A DNA stretch of 64,000 nucleotides from an uncultured Acidobacteriota bacterium (GCA_963711875.1 CAVQFW010000006.1:227040-291039), one strand, 5' to 3'; shown: positions 37,828-47,064, counted from the first letter of the stretch. Notes: generated by a model from the sequence alone, not told the origin. Numbers and translations are program-made.

Positions 37828-38823
37828 TTACATCCCGCGCGACGCCGCTTCGAAATCCTTCAGCAAACGCTTCAAATCCGTTTCAGCCGGTACGTCGCCG
37901 TCGGTTGTCAGCACAACCGGCTTCGTGCCGGCAGGAGCCCGAAAAGCTGCGGCAGAATCGCCCGGTTGCGCAGCCTCCGCCGGAAGCGATACGCCGTACG
38001 GAAAATTCTGGGCGTGTCCTGCAGCCCTGGCCGCAAAATCAGCCGACGCCGAGCACAGTACCGCGTCCCACGATTGCTGCGAAATCACCTCGACGTTTGC
38101 AGCACTCATTCGCCCGCCCGCAAGTTGAAGCACAGGTAAAGCCTCGTAAAACCGAATGATGTTAAAAACCGGCGCAAGAAGTGACTGCCACGCCAGGCAC
38201 TGGTTCGCGGAAAGTTCCGGGAGAAATTCTTCGCGAATGAAAATCATGTTCGCGCCCGCTTCCACCAGCGCGGAAGCGATTCGCGTGATACCGGCTGCGG
38301 CGAAGTCGAGCGCCGGCACGAATCCCCATTCTTCCCGAAGGGGATCATCAGGCGCTCTCCCCATCAGTCGAGCAGCCAATGTGAACGGGCCTGAAACGCC
38401 GGCCATCAGCAGCGGCTCGTCGCGAAAAAGCGATTTGAGCCGCCGGATCACATCTGCAGCCACCTGCACCCGGGCGCTGCTTGCGGCAAGCTCGGGTGTT
38501 CTCAGGTAAGCGGGCAATTCACCTTTCGGCGCGGGTTCCGGCCAATGATTGCTGCGAACCTGATTCGCAGCGTCCCATTTCACTTCGCCGCCGAGCGCCT
38601 CGAACGCAAGCAGCGGATCGAAATAACACGCGACGCCATCCGTCCGGAGTTGCGTGCGAATTTGACGAAGCGCATTCGAAATTTTCGTGGGATTGTCGAG
38701 GTAAGCACGCAGCGAAAGATTTTCGATTTTCGCGCCCATAGAAAAAACAATTGGCACAAGCAGCGGTCGCTCGGGCTGAGAGCCCTGGAGCAGAGATGTA
38801 ACGATCTGGCGGGGAGTGGCCAT
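37828..38823 (-). CDS. Uroporphyrinogen-decarboxylase (URO-D) superfamily protein (decarboxylase or MtaA/CmuA-like methyltransferase fold)
   Basis: 331 aa with GVSGPFTLAARLMG and VEAGANMIFIREE resembling conserved URO-D-family segments. Assignment by resemblance only. Confidence 0.5.
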   Translation of the reverse strand: MATPRQIVTSLLQGSQPERPLLVPIVFSMGAKIENLSLRAYLDNPTKISNALRQIRTQLRTDGVACYFDPLLAFEALGGEVKWDAANQVRSNHWPEPAPKGELPAYLRTPELAASSARVQVAADVIRRLKSLFRDEPLLMAGVSGPFTLAARLMGRAPDDPLREEWGFVPALDFAAAGITRIASALVEAGANMIFIREEFLPELSANQCLAWQSLLAPVFNIIRFYEALPVLQLAGGRMSAANVEVISQQSWDAVLCSASADFAARAAGHAQNFPYGVSLPAEAAQPGDSAAAFRAPAGTKPVVLTTDGDVPAETDLKRLLKDFEAASRGM

Positions 38824-38899
38824 GCACCTTTATCGTGACACTGCTATTTGCTTACGCTTCGTCTGAGCGTGCGCACACGGCGAAGATTCCACAGCATAT

Positions 38900-40960
38900 T
38901 TACTGCCGGAAAATTGGTCCCAGAGACTTCGCATCCGGCCAGCGCCCGTAAAACTGCAAAATGTCCTCCGGCGGTTTGGTCTCATTCCACTCTTTGTGGA
39001 ACTCGTCGTACGATTTCCCGCGTGCCAGGCGATTCCGGCGCTCCGTGTCGCGCAACCGCTTCGTTTCGCCGGCATCGAGCTTGCCGCGCTCCGGATCATA
39101 AGCGATGTGATAGATCTTTCTCGCCGTCCATTCCGATACGATCTTCTTCTTCAGATCTTCGAGTACCTCGGCAGGTTCGCGTTCGAGCGGATCGCCATAG
39201 CCGGGACCGCCGCCGCTGAACCCAAAAAGCAGATCCCCTTCGTCGTAAAGCTTCGGAGTGCGCGCGATTAATTCAAACGTCCAGTCGCCGTGTACAGTCG
39301 TGTTTTCGAGAATGTCGCGGCTGTCCATCGAGAGCTTCGGATTGCCGTCGTGCATTTGCTTCAACAGATCGGCCTTGCGAACGCTAATGCCGGGAATGGG
39401 CGCGGAAGCGTAGCCGCCGAAAAGCGGCTGGCCCAGCGGCACTTTGCTGCCATTGCCCATGCAGAGCGAAACGAGGTGCGGCACTTTGTGAATCATCCAT
39501 TGCTGCACGCCGCCCGATCCGCCGCGATGCCGCCCCGGCCCGCAGGAATCCTTCCAGTGTTGCGAGAGCGTCACGGTAACCGGCAATTCGCTTTCCACCT
39601 GCTCGGAATCCGGCGCGCGTCCGAAAGCGCACCACGCAAAACCGTACGCATCCATTCCGTCCGTTGTCGCGCGGCCGCCTTGCCCTTGTGTGTTGAGCGA
39701 AAACGAAAGCACGTCCGACACCGCGAGATTCCACTGCGAATGCCCGGCGCAAATTTGCGCGGTATGCTGGTTGCCGGGAGACGCAGCGACCTGGCGCCAC
39801 AGTCCGGCGCTCGAAAAAGTCATCTTCGCGAAGCTGTTATGCGTCGCGCAGCGGCACTGCATGCCGATGTAAACGCAGCAACTCGTCGCCGCCATCCGCC
39901 CCGGATTCAGAATGATGCCCTCCGGAAAAACAAAATCGATGGGCGCAAAAGTAGAGCTGCAAATCGGCAAATCGTGGAACACGTACTCGTACATGAAATT
40001 CGCGATGTGACCCACTACGGCCTGCGAGTGCACGTTGTACGACGACGGGTTTTCCGGCGACGTCCCTTCGAAATCAAACGTCAGCGTCTCGCCTTTCTTG
40101 ATCAGCGTCAGGTAGCAGGCCCGCACAAGCGCCGGAGTCCAGCCGATTGCATCATTAAATACAACCGTCCGGAATTTGCCGTCGGGCAGATGCTTTATTT
40201 TCTGGCGTGCGCCCGCCTCTGCCGTATCCGACATTTTTCGCAGCAATCCCACCACAAATTCGCCGCCGCGCTTCTCCGCAAGCTCCAGCAGCCGGACGCG
40301 AACGCGATCCGCCGTCGTACAACGCGCCCGAAGATCGGAAATAAACATCGCGGGCGCACGCAGACCATACACGGTGTAGAACTCGAGAAAATCGTTGCGC
40401 AGTTCGTAGTTTTCGCCGATTTTGATCGGAGGCATGTTCAAGCCTTCGTCAAAGCGCGATTTCGCGCTCACGGGCATTCCACCCGGTTCAATCGCGCCCG
40501 TTTCCGTGGTGTGCAGCGCCGCGCTGGCCCACGCGAGCAATCTGCCTTTGTGAAAAATCGGCATCAGCGCCACTTGATCGGGATTGTGAATGCCGCCATA
40601 CAGCGCGTCGTTCGTGTACCAGATATCGCCTTCGCGAATGCCCGGATTCTCCGCGTAATTCTTCTGAATGAATTTGATTACGATCGGCTGGATGATTGCG
40701 TGCAGATAGGTTCCACAGGAAGCGTTCACCAGATCGCCGTTTGCCGTAAAAATTGCGACCATCGAATCACCGGAGACCCCGAAGTAGCTCCGCGAAGAGC
40801 GCACGAACACTTCCATGGCTTCATCGAGAATGTCGTTCGTGATCTGGACACCAATTTCGTAGTCGCCCGCAGGAACTTTCGCGGCGCATTCTTTTTCAAA
40901 CGCTGTTGCCGGTGCCGGCTTCAGCCACGCCAGTTTCTCGGCCGTTGTAGGGATGGACAT
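38900..40960 (-). CDS. Hydantoinase B/oxoprolinase-family subunit (acetone-carboxylase-alpha-like)
   Basis: GDSMVAIFTANGDLVNASCGTYLH...GDIWYTNDALYGGIHNPDQ is typical of the HyuB/AcxB family. ATG 40960 is preceded by GAAGGAGA. The ORF-track TTG start at 41020 has no SD and overlaps the upstream gene. Confidence 0.85.
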   Translation of the reverse strand: MSIPTTAEKLAWLKPAPATAFEKECAAKVPAGDYEIGVQITNDILDEAMEVFVRSSRSYFGVSGDSMVAIFTANGDLVNASCGTYLHAIIQPIVIKFIQKNYAENPGIREGDIWYTNDALYGGIHNPDQVALMPIFHKGRLLAWASAALHTTETGAIEPGGMPVSAKSRFDEGLNMPPIKIGENYELRNDFLEFYTVYGLRAPAMFISDLRARCTTADRVRVRLLELAEKRGGEFVVGLLRKMSDTAEAGARQKIKHLPDGKFRTVVFNDAIGWTPALVRACYLTLIKKGETLTFDFEGTSPENPSSYNVHSQAVVGHIANFMYEYVFHDLPICSSTFAPIDFVFPEGIILNPGRMAATSCCVYIGMQCRCATHNSFAKMTFSSAGLWRQVAASPGNQHTAQICAGHSQWNLAVSDVLSFSLNTQGQGGRATTDGMDAYGFAWCAFGRAPDSEQVESELPVTVTLSQHWKDSCGPGRHRGGSGGVQQWMIHKVPHLVSLCMGNGSKVPLGQPLFGGYASAPIPGISVRKADLLKQMHDGNPKLSMDSRDILENTTVHGDWTFELIARTPKLYDEGDLLFGFSGGGPGYGDPLEREPAEVLEDLKKKIVSEWTARKIYHIAYDPERGKLDAGETKRLRDTERRNRLARGKSYDEFHKEWNETKPPEDILQFYGRWPDAKSLGPIFRQ

Positions 40961-40985
40961 GCGTCTCCTTCCAGTCTCTGCAAGC

Positions 40986-43106
40986 TCAACTTTCGAGAAT
41001 GCCGAGGCCTCGTTCATCAATCGAAAATTTCATCGACGGCGGCACAACCACCGTCGTGTACTCGCCTTCCAGGATCGCCGGACCTTCGAGCGTGTTTCCG
41101 GGCCGCAGCAGTTCGTAGGAATAAAGCGGCGTCGGGCGATAGTCTTTCGCCTCGGCCCAGTAGGCGGGGCGCTCGCCTTTGCGTGCTGCGGACGGGTCGT
41201 GGCCTTCGAGCGGCATTTTCGGCAGATTGATCTGCTGTACCGGAACGATCGCTTTCAGGATGAAGCTGTCGACGAACACGCCGCCTTCCGGATTTACGAC
41301 GAACGGACTGAACGCCTCGCTGAATTCTTTTTTGAACGCCTCACACACGGCGCCAACGTCATCGGTCGAATGCAGCGCGAGCCGCGGCGAAAGCGCGCGC
41401 TTCACGTGGAACTGGCCGCCGTAGAGCATGTCGAGCTCGAGTACAAACGAAGCGGCCGCGGGATCGAGTCCATCCGCGATCAGATCCTTGTGCGCTTGCT
41501 CGAGAAGTTCTTCCACCGTGCGGTTGAATACGGCGAATTCCTGCGTGAGCTCTTGCGTGCCCGGAGACATCAGCGTGAGTTTCTTCGAGACTTCGTAGAC
41601 GTGCATGATGTCCATCGTGGACGAGCCAAACGCGCAGAAAACCGGCGAGAAGGGAAACGTGACGGCTTTCTTGATGTCCGCCTTGTACCCTTCCGCGTGC
41701 GTTGCGCCGGCGCCGCCGCCCACGAACAAAATAAAATCCTCGGGACTGTAACCGCGCAGGTGTACTTCTTTCATGATCGCCGACGCCATGTTGCCGTTGA
41801 CGATTTTGCGGATCAGCGTCGCCGCTTCTTCCACCGATATTCCGAAGGGCTTCGCAATTTTGTCCCGAATCGCGGCGATGGCGCGATTTTTGTCGAGTTT
41901 CATCCGCCCGCCGGAATAGTAGCCGGGGTTTATGTAGCCAAGGACGACATCCGCATCGGTGACGGTCGGCTCCGTGCCTCCCAGGCTGAAACAAGCAGGG
42001 CCAGGTAATGACCCGGCGCTCCGCGGCCCCACTTGAAGCTGATTTTGGAGCAGGGGATTGATCGAGGCGATCGAGCCGCCTCCCGCGCCGACGGATAGCG
42101 TCTTGATCATCGTGATTCCGACCATCCAACGGTCGATGATCGGGCGGAAGTCGTAACTCCGCACGCTGTCTTTCACCACGAGCCCCACATCAAAACTCGT
42201 CCCGCCCATATCCGTCATCACAACATTTTGGTATCCGAGCGATTTCGCCACGTGGTGAGCGCCCATCAACCCGGAAACAGGGCCGCTGTTGAATGTGCGG
42301 CAGGCGGTGGTACGAAAAACCTCCGCAATACCGCCGGAGCTTTGAATCATCAGCAGCGGTTTCTTGTAACCGCGCTCGCGCAGCTTGTCCCACATCGCGG
42401 AAAGTTCGATCTGCATCGAGCGCTGAAGATACGCGTCGAGAATTGCGGCAAGCGTCCGCTCGTATTCGCCCAGCTTGCCCACCACCTGGCCGGCGAGAAC
42501 CACGGGCAGGTAACCGATGTGAAATTCCTTGTACTCGTCGCGAATGATTTCCTTTATGCGTTTTTCGTGAGCCGAATTGAGAAAGCCCCACAAGAGCGAG
42601 ACAACGAAACCGCGAGCGCCGCGGCTCACCAGGTAGCGGACTTTCTCGCGCACGTCGTTCTCATCGAGCGGCCGGATGATCGTGCCGCGCGAGTCCACGC
42701 GCTCTTTCACGCCCACGATCATGTCGCGAGGGATCAGTGGATCGGGCTTTTTCTGGATGGCGAGATTGCGGCGTTCCTGTACGCGCGTCCCGTCAATCCA
42801 CTGCGCTCCCCGGCCGATGAGAACCACGTCCTCATGGCCTTCCGTCGTGATCAGCCCCAGGCGCGGTCCTTTTTTCTCGATCAGCCGGTTCATCGCGATC
42901 GTTGTCGAGTACCGGATCATGTCGATCGCAGGCAGGAGCTCTTCGATCTTCATCCCCAGCGCCCCCGCGCCTTCTTCGATCACCCGCGAAAAGCACACGG
43001 AAAGATCGTAAGGAGTCGTCGGAACCTTCTTGATCAACGCCTTCCCATTGAAGTTGAGGACGAGATCGGTGAACGTCCCGCCGACGTCGATATCAATCGA
43101 ATTCAT
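40986..43106 (-). CDS. Hydantoinase A/oxoprolinase-family subunit (acetone-carboxylase-beta-like)
   Basis: MNSIDIDVGGTFTDLV N-terminus and DMGGTSFDVGLV. 706 aa. ATGA overlap with the gamma-like gene. Confidence 0.9.
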   Translation of the reverse strand: MNSIDIDVGGTFTDLVLNFNGKALIKKVPTTPYDLSVCFSRVIEEGAGALGMKIEELLPAIDMIRYSTTIAMNRLIEKKGPRLGLITTEGHEDVVLIGRGAQWIDGTRVQERRNLAIQKKPDPLIPRDMIVGVKERVDSRGTIIRPLDENDVREKVRYLVSRGARGFVVSLLWGFLNSAHEKRIKEIIRDEYKEFHIGYLPVVLAGQVVGKLGEYERTLAAILDAYLQRSMQIELSAMWDKLRERGYKKPLLMIQSSGGIAEVFRTTACRTFNSGPVSGLMGAHHVAKSLGYQNVVMTDMGGTSFDVGLVVKDSVRSYDFRPIIDRWMVGITMIKTLSVGAGGGSIASINPLLQNQLQVGPRSAGSLPGPACFSLGGTEPTVTDADVVLGYINPGYYSGGRMKLDKNRAIAAIRDKIAKPFGISVEEAATLIRKIVNGNMASAIMKEVHLRGYSPEDFILFVGGGAGATHAEGYKADIKKAVTFPFSPVFCAFGSSTMDIMHVYEVSKKLTLMSPGTQELTQEFAVFNRTVEELLEQAHKDLIADGLDPAAASFVLELDMLYGGQFHVKRALSPRLALHSTDDVGAVCEAFKKEFSEAFSPFVVNPEGGVFVDSFILKAIVPVQQINLPKMPLEGHDPSAARKGERPAYWAEAKDYRPTPLYSYELLRPGNTLEGPAILEGEYTTVVVPPSMKFSIDERGLGILES

Positions 43107-43489
43107 TCAGCTACCTCGAGCCTCTGGTCGCGGATTACGAACTCGCCTTTCCGCAGGCGTTCTTTCAGGCTGTCCAGATCGATTTCAATATCGTGCGTCA
43201 CGGGATGGCCCGGAGGCAGATACTCGGTTTCCACCTGCGTCCCGCAGCCGGGGCAGTAAAACTCCACGATGCGAACCCAGAGAGGGTCGGGCGAAAAGCT
43301 GAAAGCCCCGGGAACAAGCGGCGGATGGATTTCGCGCGGGTCGCGATCGTACAGCAGGCACCCGCGCTTGTAGTTTTCGCGCGCAGGCCCAATCGCGTGC
43401 CCACAGCGGTTGCAGTGCCACCGCTCGCCGTCGAGATCGAGGTCGAGATATTCGGTAACGCGCAGCCGGTTTTTGGTCTCCGAAGCCAT
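43103..43489 (-). CDS. Acetone-carboxylase-gamma-like small zinc-binding subunit
   Basis: 128 aa with WHCNRCGH...FYCPGCGTQVETEY (four-Cys site) and REIHPP. GGAGG RBS upstream. Confidence 0.85.
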   Translation of the reverse strand: MASETKNRLRVTEYLDLDLDGERWHCNRCGHAIGPARENYKRGCLLYDRDPREIHPPLVPGAFSFSPDPLWVRIVEFYCPGCGTQVETEYLPPGHPVTHDIEIDLDSLKERLRKGEFVIRDQRLEVAE

Positions 43490-43525
43490 ATTCCACCTCC
43501 AGCCATGCAGCCTGATTCTGCGACT

Positions 43526-43603
43526 TTCTAATCTACTGTGCCGCGATTAGAAATGACCGTAAACCCTTTATAATCAACAAAAATATGCGTTCTAATCTAC
43601 TGT
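43526..43603 (-). promoter_or_regulatory. Putative promoter/operator: 14-nt exact direct repeat x2, an 8-bp inverted repeat, and -35/-10-like elements
   Basis: TTCTAATCTACTGT occurs at 43526-43539 and 43590-43603. TTCTAATC (43526-43533) pairs with GATTAGAA (43545-43552). On the minus strand, TTAGAA (43590-43595), a 16-nt spacer and TTATAA (43568-43573) resemble -35/-10. This is an AT-rich island in an otherwise GC-rich operon. Confidence 0.4.
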
Positions 43604-43645
43604 AAAATGCCCTGCAGCCGATTCAACGTTCGCGCCGATTTCTGG

Positions 43646-45664
43646 TCATTTTCTGGTGAGTTCGCCGTTGCCGAATCGGTCGATGGACATCGTCCAGCCA
43701 TCGGGAACCAGGTACGTTGTGTTCAGCCCTTCCAGCACCGCCGGCCCTTCCACTCGATTGCCCGGCTCGAGCGATTCCCAGCGGTAAAGTTTTGCTTCGC
43801 CGTCGCGGCTGCCCCAGAAAATTCTTCGCGAGCCTGTGAGACCGCGCGCGGGATCAGCGGCTTGCAATGCGCGGTCCGGTAGGTGCGGCTTTGACATCGC
43901 TTTTTTCACCCGGACGCGCATCAGCTCGAGCGAGATGTTTGCAGTCTGCGCGTCGGGCGACGCTTGGAGTGCGGCGGCAAGCACGGCGCGCAATTCCCTT
44001 GCGCTGGTGACGGCCGATTCGGAGCAGGGGACTGGAATCGAGTTCCGTCCGTTTCCGGAAGCTTCGAACTCGATTTCGTAGAGCAGATTATCGGGACGGA
44101 TCCCTTCGCCCAGCAAATCCTTCACGCCTTCGGCCTTAATTTCATCGAGGATTTTGCGCAGCCGGTCGCTGGAGGAATCGGTCGTCGCGATGCCCGAGAG
44201 GCCGCGTTCGTAGACGTGACAGATGTCCGAAACGGACGAACCGAACGCGCTGAACACGGGGCCGAGCGTGAACACTTTCACTTTTCGCAGGCCTGCTTTT
44301 TCTGCAACGCCGCAGGAAAAGAGGCTGCCGTTGCCGCCGTAGGCAAAGAGCGTGTGTTGCGAGACGTCCTCGTTCAACTCTTTGGCGGACGCGGCGATGA
44401 GGTCCGCGACCAGCTCGAAGGCGCGATCGATCACCCGCCTGCACGCCTCTTCGACGGAAACGTTCATCGGCTTGGCCACTTGATTCTCGATTACGGATTG
44501 CGCCAGATCGCGATCGAGGGGCTTCGCGCCGCCGAGGAAGAATTCCGGATTGATCAGCCCGGCTGTTACGAACGCATCGGTGAGCGTGGGCTGGTCGCCG
44601 CCGAGTCCATAGCACGCCGGGCCCGGGAACGAGCCCATGCTTTCGGGGCCGAGTTCGATTCGTGAGTTTCCGGCAGCGCCAGCAGGTTTCACCACGCTGC
44701 CGCCGCCGAGCGCGATCGAGCGCAAATCGGGAAGAGAAATCTCGACGGGGATGCCGAAGAAATCGGATGGCTTGCGGTTGATCGGGAGTCCGTTGCGCAA
44801 AGTGCTGACTTTCGCGGTGGTGCCGCCGATGTCCATCGCGACCACGTCCTTCAGGCCGTAGAGCTGCGCGAAAAACACACTGGCATGGATGCCGAGAATC
44901 GGGCCGGACTCAATCGTGTCGATCGCTTTCGTTTTGGCGATGCCTGCGACGCCGCCATTGATGTGGCTGACGAGAAATGTTCCGTGGTAGTGAGATGTCT
45001 GGCGCAGCTCGTCTTCGGCTTTGAAAAGGGTGGCAGCGAGCGCGCCGTGCGTGTACGCGTTGATCACCGCACAATAGGTGCGCGTGCGGTCGTCGGCGCT
45101 CTTGGAGATATCGCTTCCGGCGAGCACCGGCACCGAGCCGAGAAAATGGTCTGGATACTGCAAATCGATCGCCGATTTTACGGCCAGCTCCGAAGCCGCC
45201 TCGCGATGGCTACCTTTCAGGCTGACGCAAATTCTCCGCACGCCGCCTTCGAGCAGAGCGCGAGCGGCGTTCGTAACTTCGGCTTCCTTCGAGGAGCCAT
45301 TTACGCCGATGATGTCTTTTTCGGCGAGGAGGCGGTTCAGCACCGAGCTGCGCGGATCGCTGCCGTAGAGATCTTTTTCGTGGCCTTTCGAAACGAGAAG
45401 GCCGATTCGGGGGCCGCGAAGTTCGGCAAGAACGTTGGATGTGATCGTGGTGGACCATCGAATCAAATCGATGTGCTCGAGGAATTCGGCCGTATCGGCG
45501 AAGCCCAGCTTCGCGGCGCCCTGCGCGAGGCAGTCGAAAAGGCAGACGGTGAGGTCGTGCGGGGTCGTATCAACCTTCGCCGAGAAGACCTGCTCGCCGT
45601 TTGTGAAAATTCCGTCGGTGAGTGTACCGCCGACGTCGATGTCAACCGTCCACACAGCCTTCAT
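43646..45664 (-). CDS. Second hydantoinase A-family subunit (paralog; alpha-prime-like)
   Basis: MKAVWTVDIDVGGTLTDG and MDIGGTTAKV. ATG 45664 overlaps the upstream stop as TGATG. The Arg-rich 110-aa extension in the ORF track is rejected. Confidence 0.85.
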   Translation of the reverse strand: MKAVWTVDIDVGGTLTDGIFTNGEQVFSAKVDTTPHDLTVCLFDCLAQGAAKLGFADTAEFLEHIDLIRWSTTITSNVLAELRGPRIGLLVSKGHEKDLYGSDPRSSVLNRLLAEKDIIGVNGSSKEAEVTNAARALLEGGVRRICVSLKGSHREAASELAVKSAIDLQYPDHFLGSVPVLAGSDISKSADDRTRTYCAVINAYTHGALAATLFKAEDELRQTSHYHGTFLVSHINGGVAGIAKTKAIDTIESGPILGIHASVFFAQLYGLKDVVAMDIGGTTAKVSTLRNGLPINRKPSDFFGIPVEISLPDLRSIALGGGSVVKPAGAAGNSRIELGPESMGSFPGPACYGLGGDQPTLTDAFVTAGLINPEFFLGGAKPLDRDLAQSVIENQVAKPMNVSVEEACRRVIDRAFELVADLIAASAKELNEDVSQHTLFAYGGNGSLFSCGVAEKAGLRKVKVFTLGPVFSAFGSSVSDICHVYERGLSGIATTDSSSDRLRKILDEIKAEGVKDLLGEGIRPDNLLYEIEFEASGNGRNSIPVPCSESAVTSARELRAVLAAALQASPDAQTANISLELMRVRVKKAMSKPHLPDRALQAADPARGLTGSRRIFWGSRDGEAKLYRWESLEPGNRVEGPAVLEGLNTTYLVPDGWTMSIDRFGNGELTRK

Positions 45665-46332
45665 CACCTCAATTGATCGATCAATTCCTGCGCCGTGATC
45701 GTCCAGCCGAAGAATGATTCTACGTTGAAAAGCGTCGCTTCGTGTGCCGAGGCGGGGCCGGCGGGCATGGCTGCGTCGGAAAGCAGGATCGGCCAGTAAT
45801 CGTGAAAGTAGGCGTCGCGCAGTGTGGATTCGACGCAGACGTTGGTGGCAATTCCGGCGAAAAATAGATATTGAGCGCCGCGCATCCGAAGTTGCGAATC
45901 GAGCGGCGTGCCCGCGAATCCGCTGTATCGCGTTTTTGTGATGACGAGATCGCCCGGTTGAGCAGCGAGGTCGGCAACGATTTCCGCGTCCCACGTTCCT
46001 TCGGTCAAGACCTTGCCTTTAAGTTCGGGGCGCGAGCCCATCAGCGTCATCGCCAATTCCTTTCGGGGATTGGGAGAGTTCGGGCCGCCGCTGTCACTCA
46101 GGTCTGGTTTGTAAGCCATGCGCAGGTGGACGATCGGCACAGCCATGCGGCGCGCGGCATCGAGGACCGAGCGGATGACGCGTATCACGCGCGAAGCGCC
46201 GGTGATGTCAACTCCTGCGATATCGAGCATCCCGCCCTTGCTGGCAAACGCGTTCTGCATGTCGACCACCACAACGGCCGATTTCTTGAAATCGACCTCG
46301 AGCGGATTTGGCTTCGAGTCTAATTTTGTCAT
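45664..46332 (-). CDS. Isochorismatase-family cysteine hydrolase
   Basis: AVVVVDMQNAF and FAGIATNVCVESTLRDA (catalytic Cys context). 222 aa. Confidence 0.85.
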   Translation of the reverse strand: MTKLDSKPNPLEVDFKKSAVVVVDMQNAFASKGGMLDIAGVDITGASRVIRVIRSVLDAARRMAVPIVHLRMAYKPDLSDSGGPNSPNPRKELAMTLMGSRPELKGKVLTEGTWDAEIVADLAAQPGDLVITKTRYSGFAGTPLDSQLRMRGAQYLFFAGIATNVCVESTLRDAYFHDYWPILLSDAAMPAGPASAHEATLFNVESFFGWTITAQELIDQLR

Positions 46333-46338
46333 GCCGAT

Positions 46339-47064
46339 TCAGTCGCGCCCCGCTTCGATGATTTTCGCTGCCAGTCCTTTCGGGTTCGTGTAGATCACTT
46401 CGTGGCTTCCCGGCATCTGCACGAGGCGATAGAGGCCCAGGCGACTCGACATCCGCGGATGCCAGTTCCAATCGCCGTGCGGCATCGCCGTGTCCTCGGT
46501 GCAATTGATGTAGCTCTTCGGCGTGGGCAGTGAATAGAATTTTTTCAGGTCGAGCTTGTCCTTGATCGGCTGATAGGGCTCCGGCGAAAGCTGCGCGTAT
46601 GTCCACTTGGCCATTTCGAGATCGGCGTCGTTCACGAATGCTTCGCGCCAGATTGGAAACGGAATCATCACCGTATCGTCGGTGGACTCGCTCGCGAGTT
46701 TGTCAAACAACGCGCCGTAGTGCGGAGGCGCTTCGTCACTGAGGCTGTGGCCGTCGCGCAGGACGAAGCCATTCACGAAGACGAGGCGCTTGACGCGGTC
46801 GGGAATCGCTTCGACGACTTTGGAGATGACAGTCCCGCCGAAACTGTGGCCGACGAGGACGAAGCCGGTGATTCCTTTGGCCACAATGTAATCGACGATC
46901 GACTTCGTACAGTCCGCGTGATTGACGTGTTTGTTGACGCCTTTTCCGTGGCCGGCGATGGTGGGAGCAAACGCGGTGTGCCCGTTCTCCTCGAGTGCCC
47001 GGATGGTTGCGTCCCATGCTGCGCCGTCATGCCAGGAACCGTGGACCAATACGAAAGTATCCAA
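46339..47064 (-). CDS. Alpha/beta-fold hydrolase
   Basis: FVLVHGSWHDG and nucleophile elbow VLVGHSFGG. TTG 47064 is preceded by AGGAGA at 7-nt spacing. Confidence 0.8.
   Translation of the reverse strand: MDTFVLVHGSWHDGAAWDATIRALEENGHTAFAPTIAGHGKGVNKHVNHADCTKSIVDYIVAKGITGFVLVGHSFGGTVISKVVEAIPDRVKRLVFVNGFVLRDGHSLSDEAPPHYGALFDKLASESTDDTVMIPFPIWREAFVNDADLEMAKWTYAQLSPEPYQPIKDKLDLKKFYSLPTPKSYINCTEDTAMPHGDWNWHPRMSSRLGLYRLVQMPGSHEVIYTNPKGLAAKIIEAGRD

Noticed and set aside
41018-41020. TTG start of the HyuB-type gene from the ORF track
   Set aside because: No Shine-Dalgarno sequence, and it gives a 35-nt overlap with the upstream gene. ATG 40960 has GAAGGAGA upstream.
39290-41230. 646-aa ORF on the plus strand
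   Set aside because: It is antisense to the HyuB/HyuA genes. Its composition is Arg/Ala/His-rich and low-complexity, typical of shadow ORFs in GC-rich DNA. The opposite strand carries clear family motifs.
43529-43544. Sigma-54 promoter (CGGCAC-N-...) upstream of the carboxylase genes, as in AcxR-regulated acetone carboxylase operons
   Set aside because: The minus strand reads CGGCACAGTAGATTAG. A -24-like GGCAC is present, but the -12 position has TTAG instead of TTGC, so the GG-N10-GC spacing fails.
45665-45994. 110-aa N-terminal extension of the second HyuA-type ORF
   Set aside because: It is Arg-rich, lies wholly inside the isochorismatase gene in another frame, and the family N-terminus MKAVWTVDIDVGG starts at 45664.
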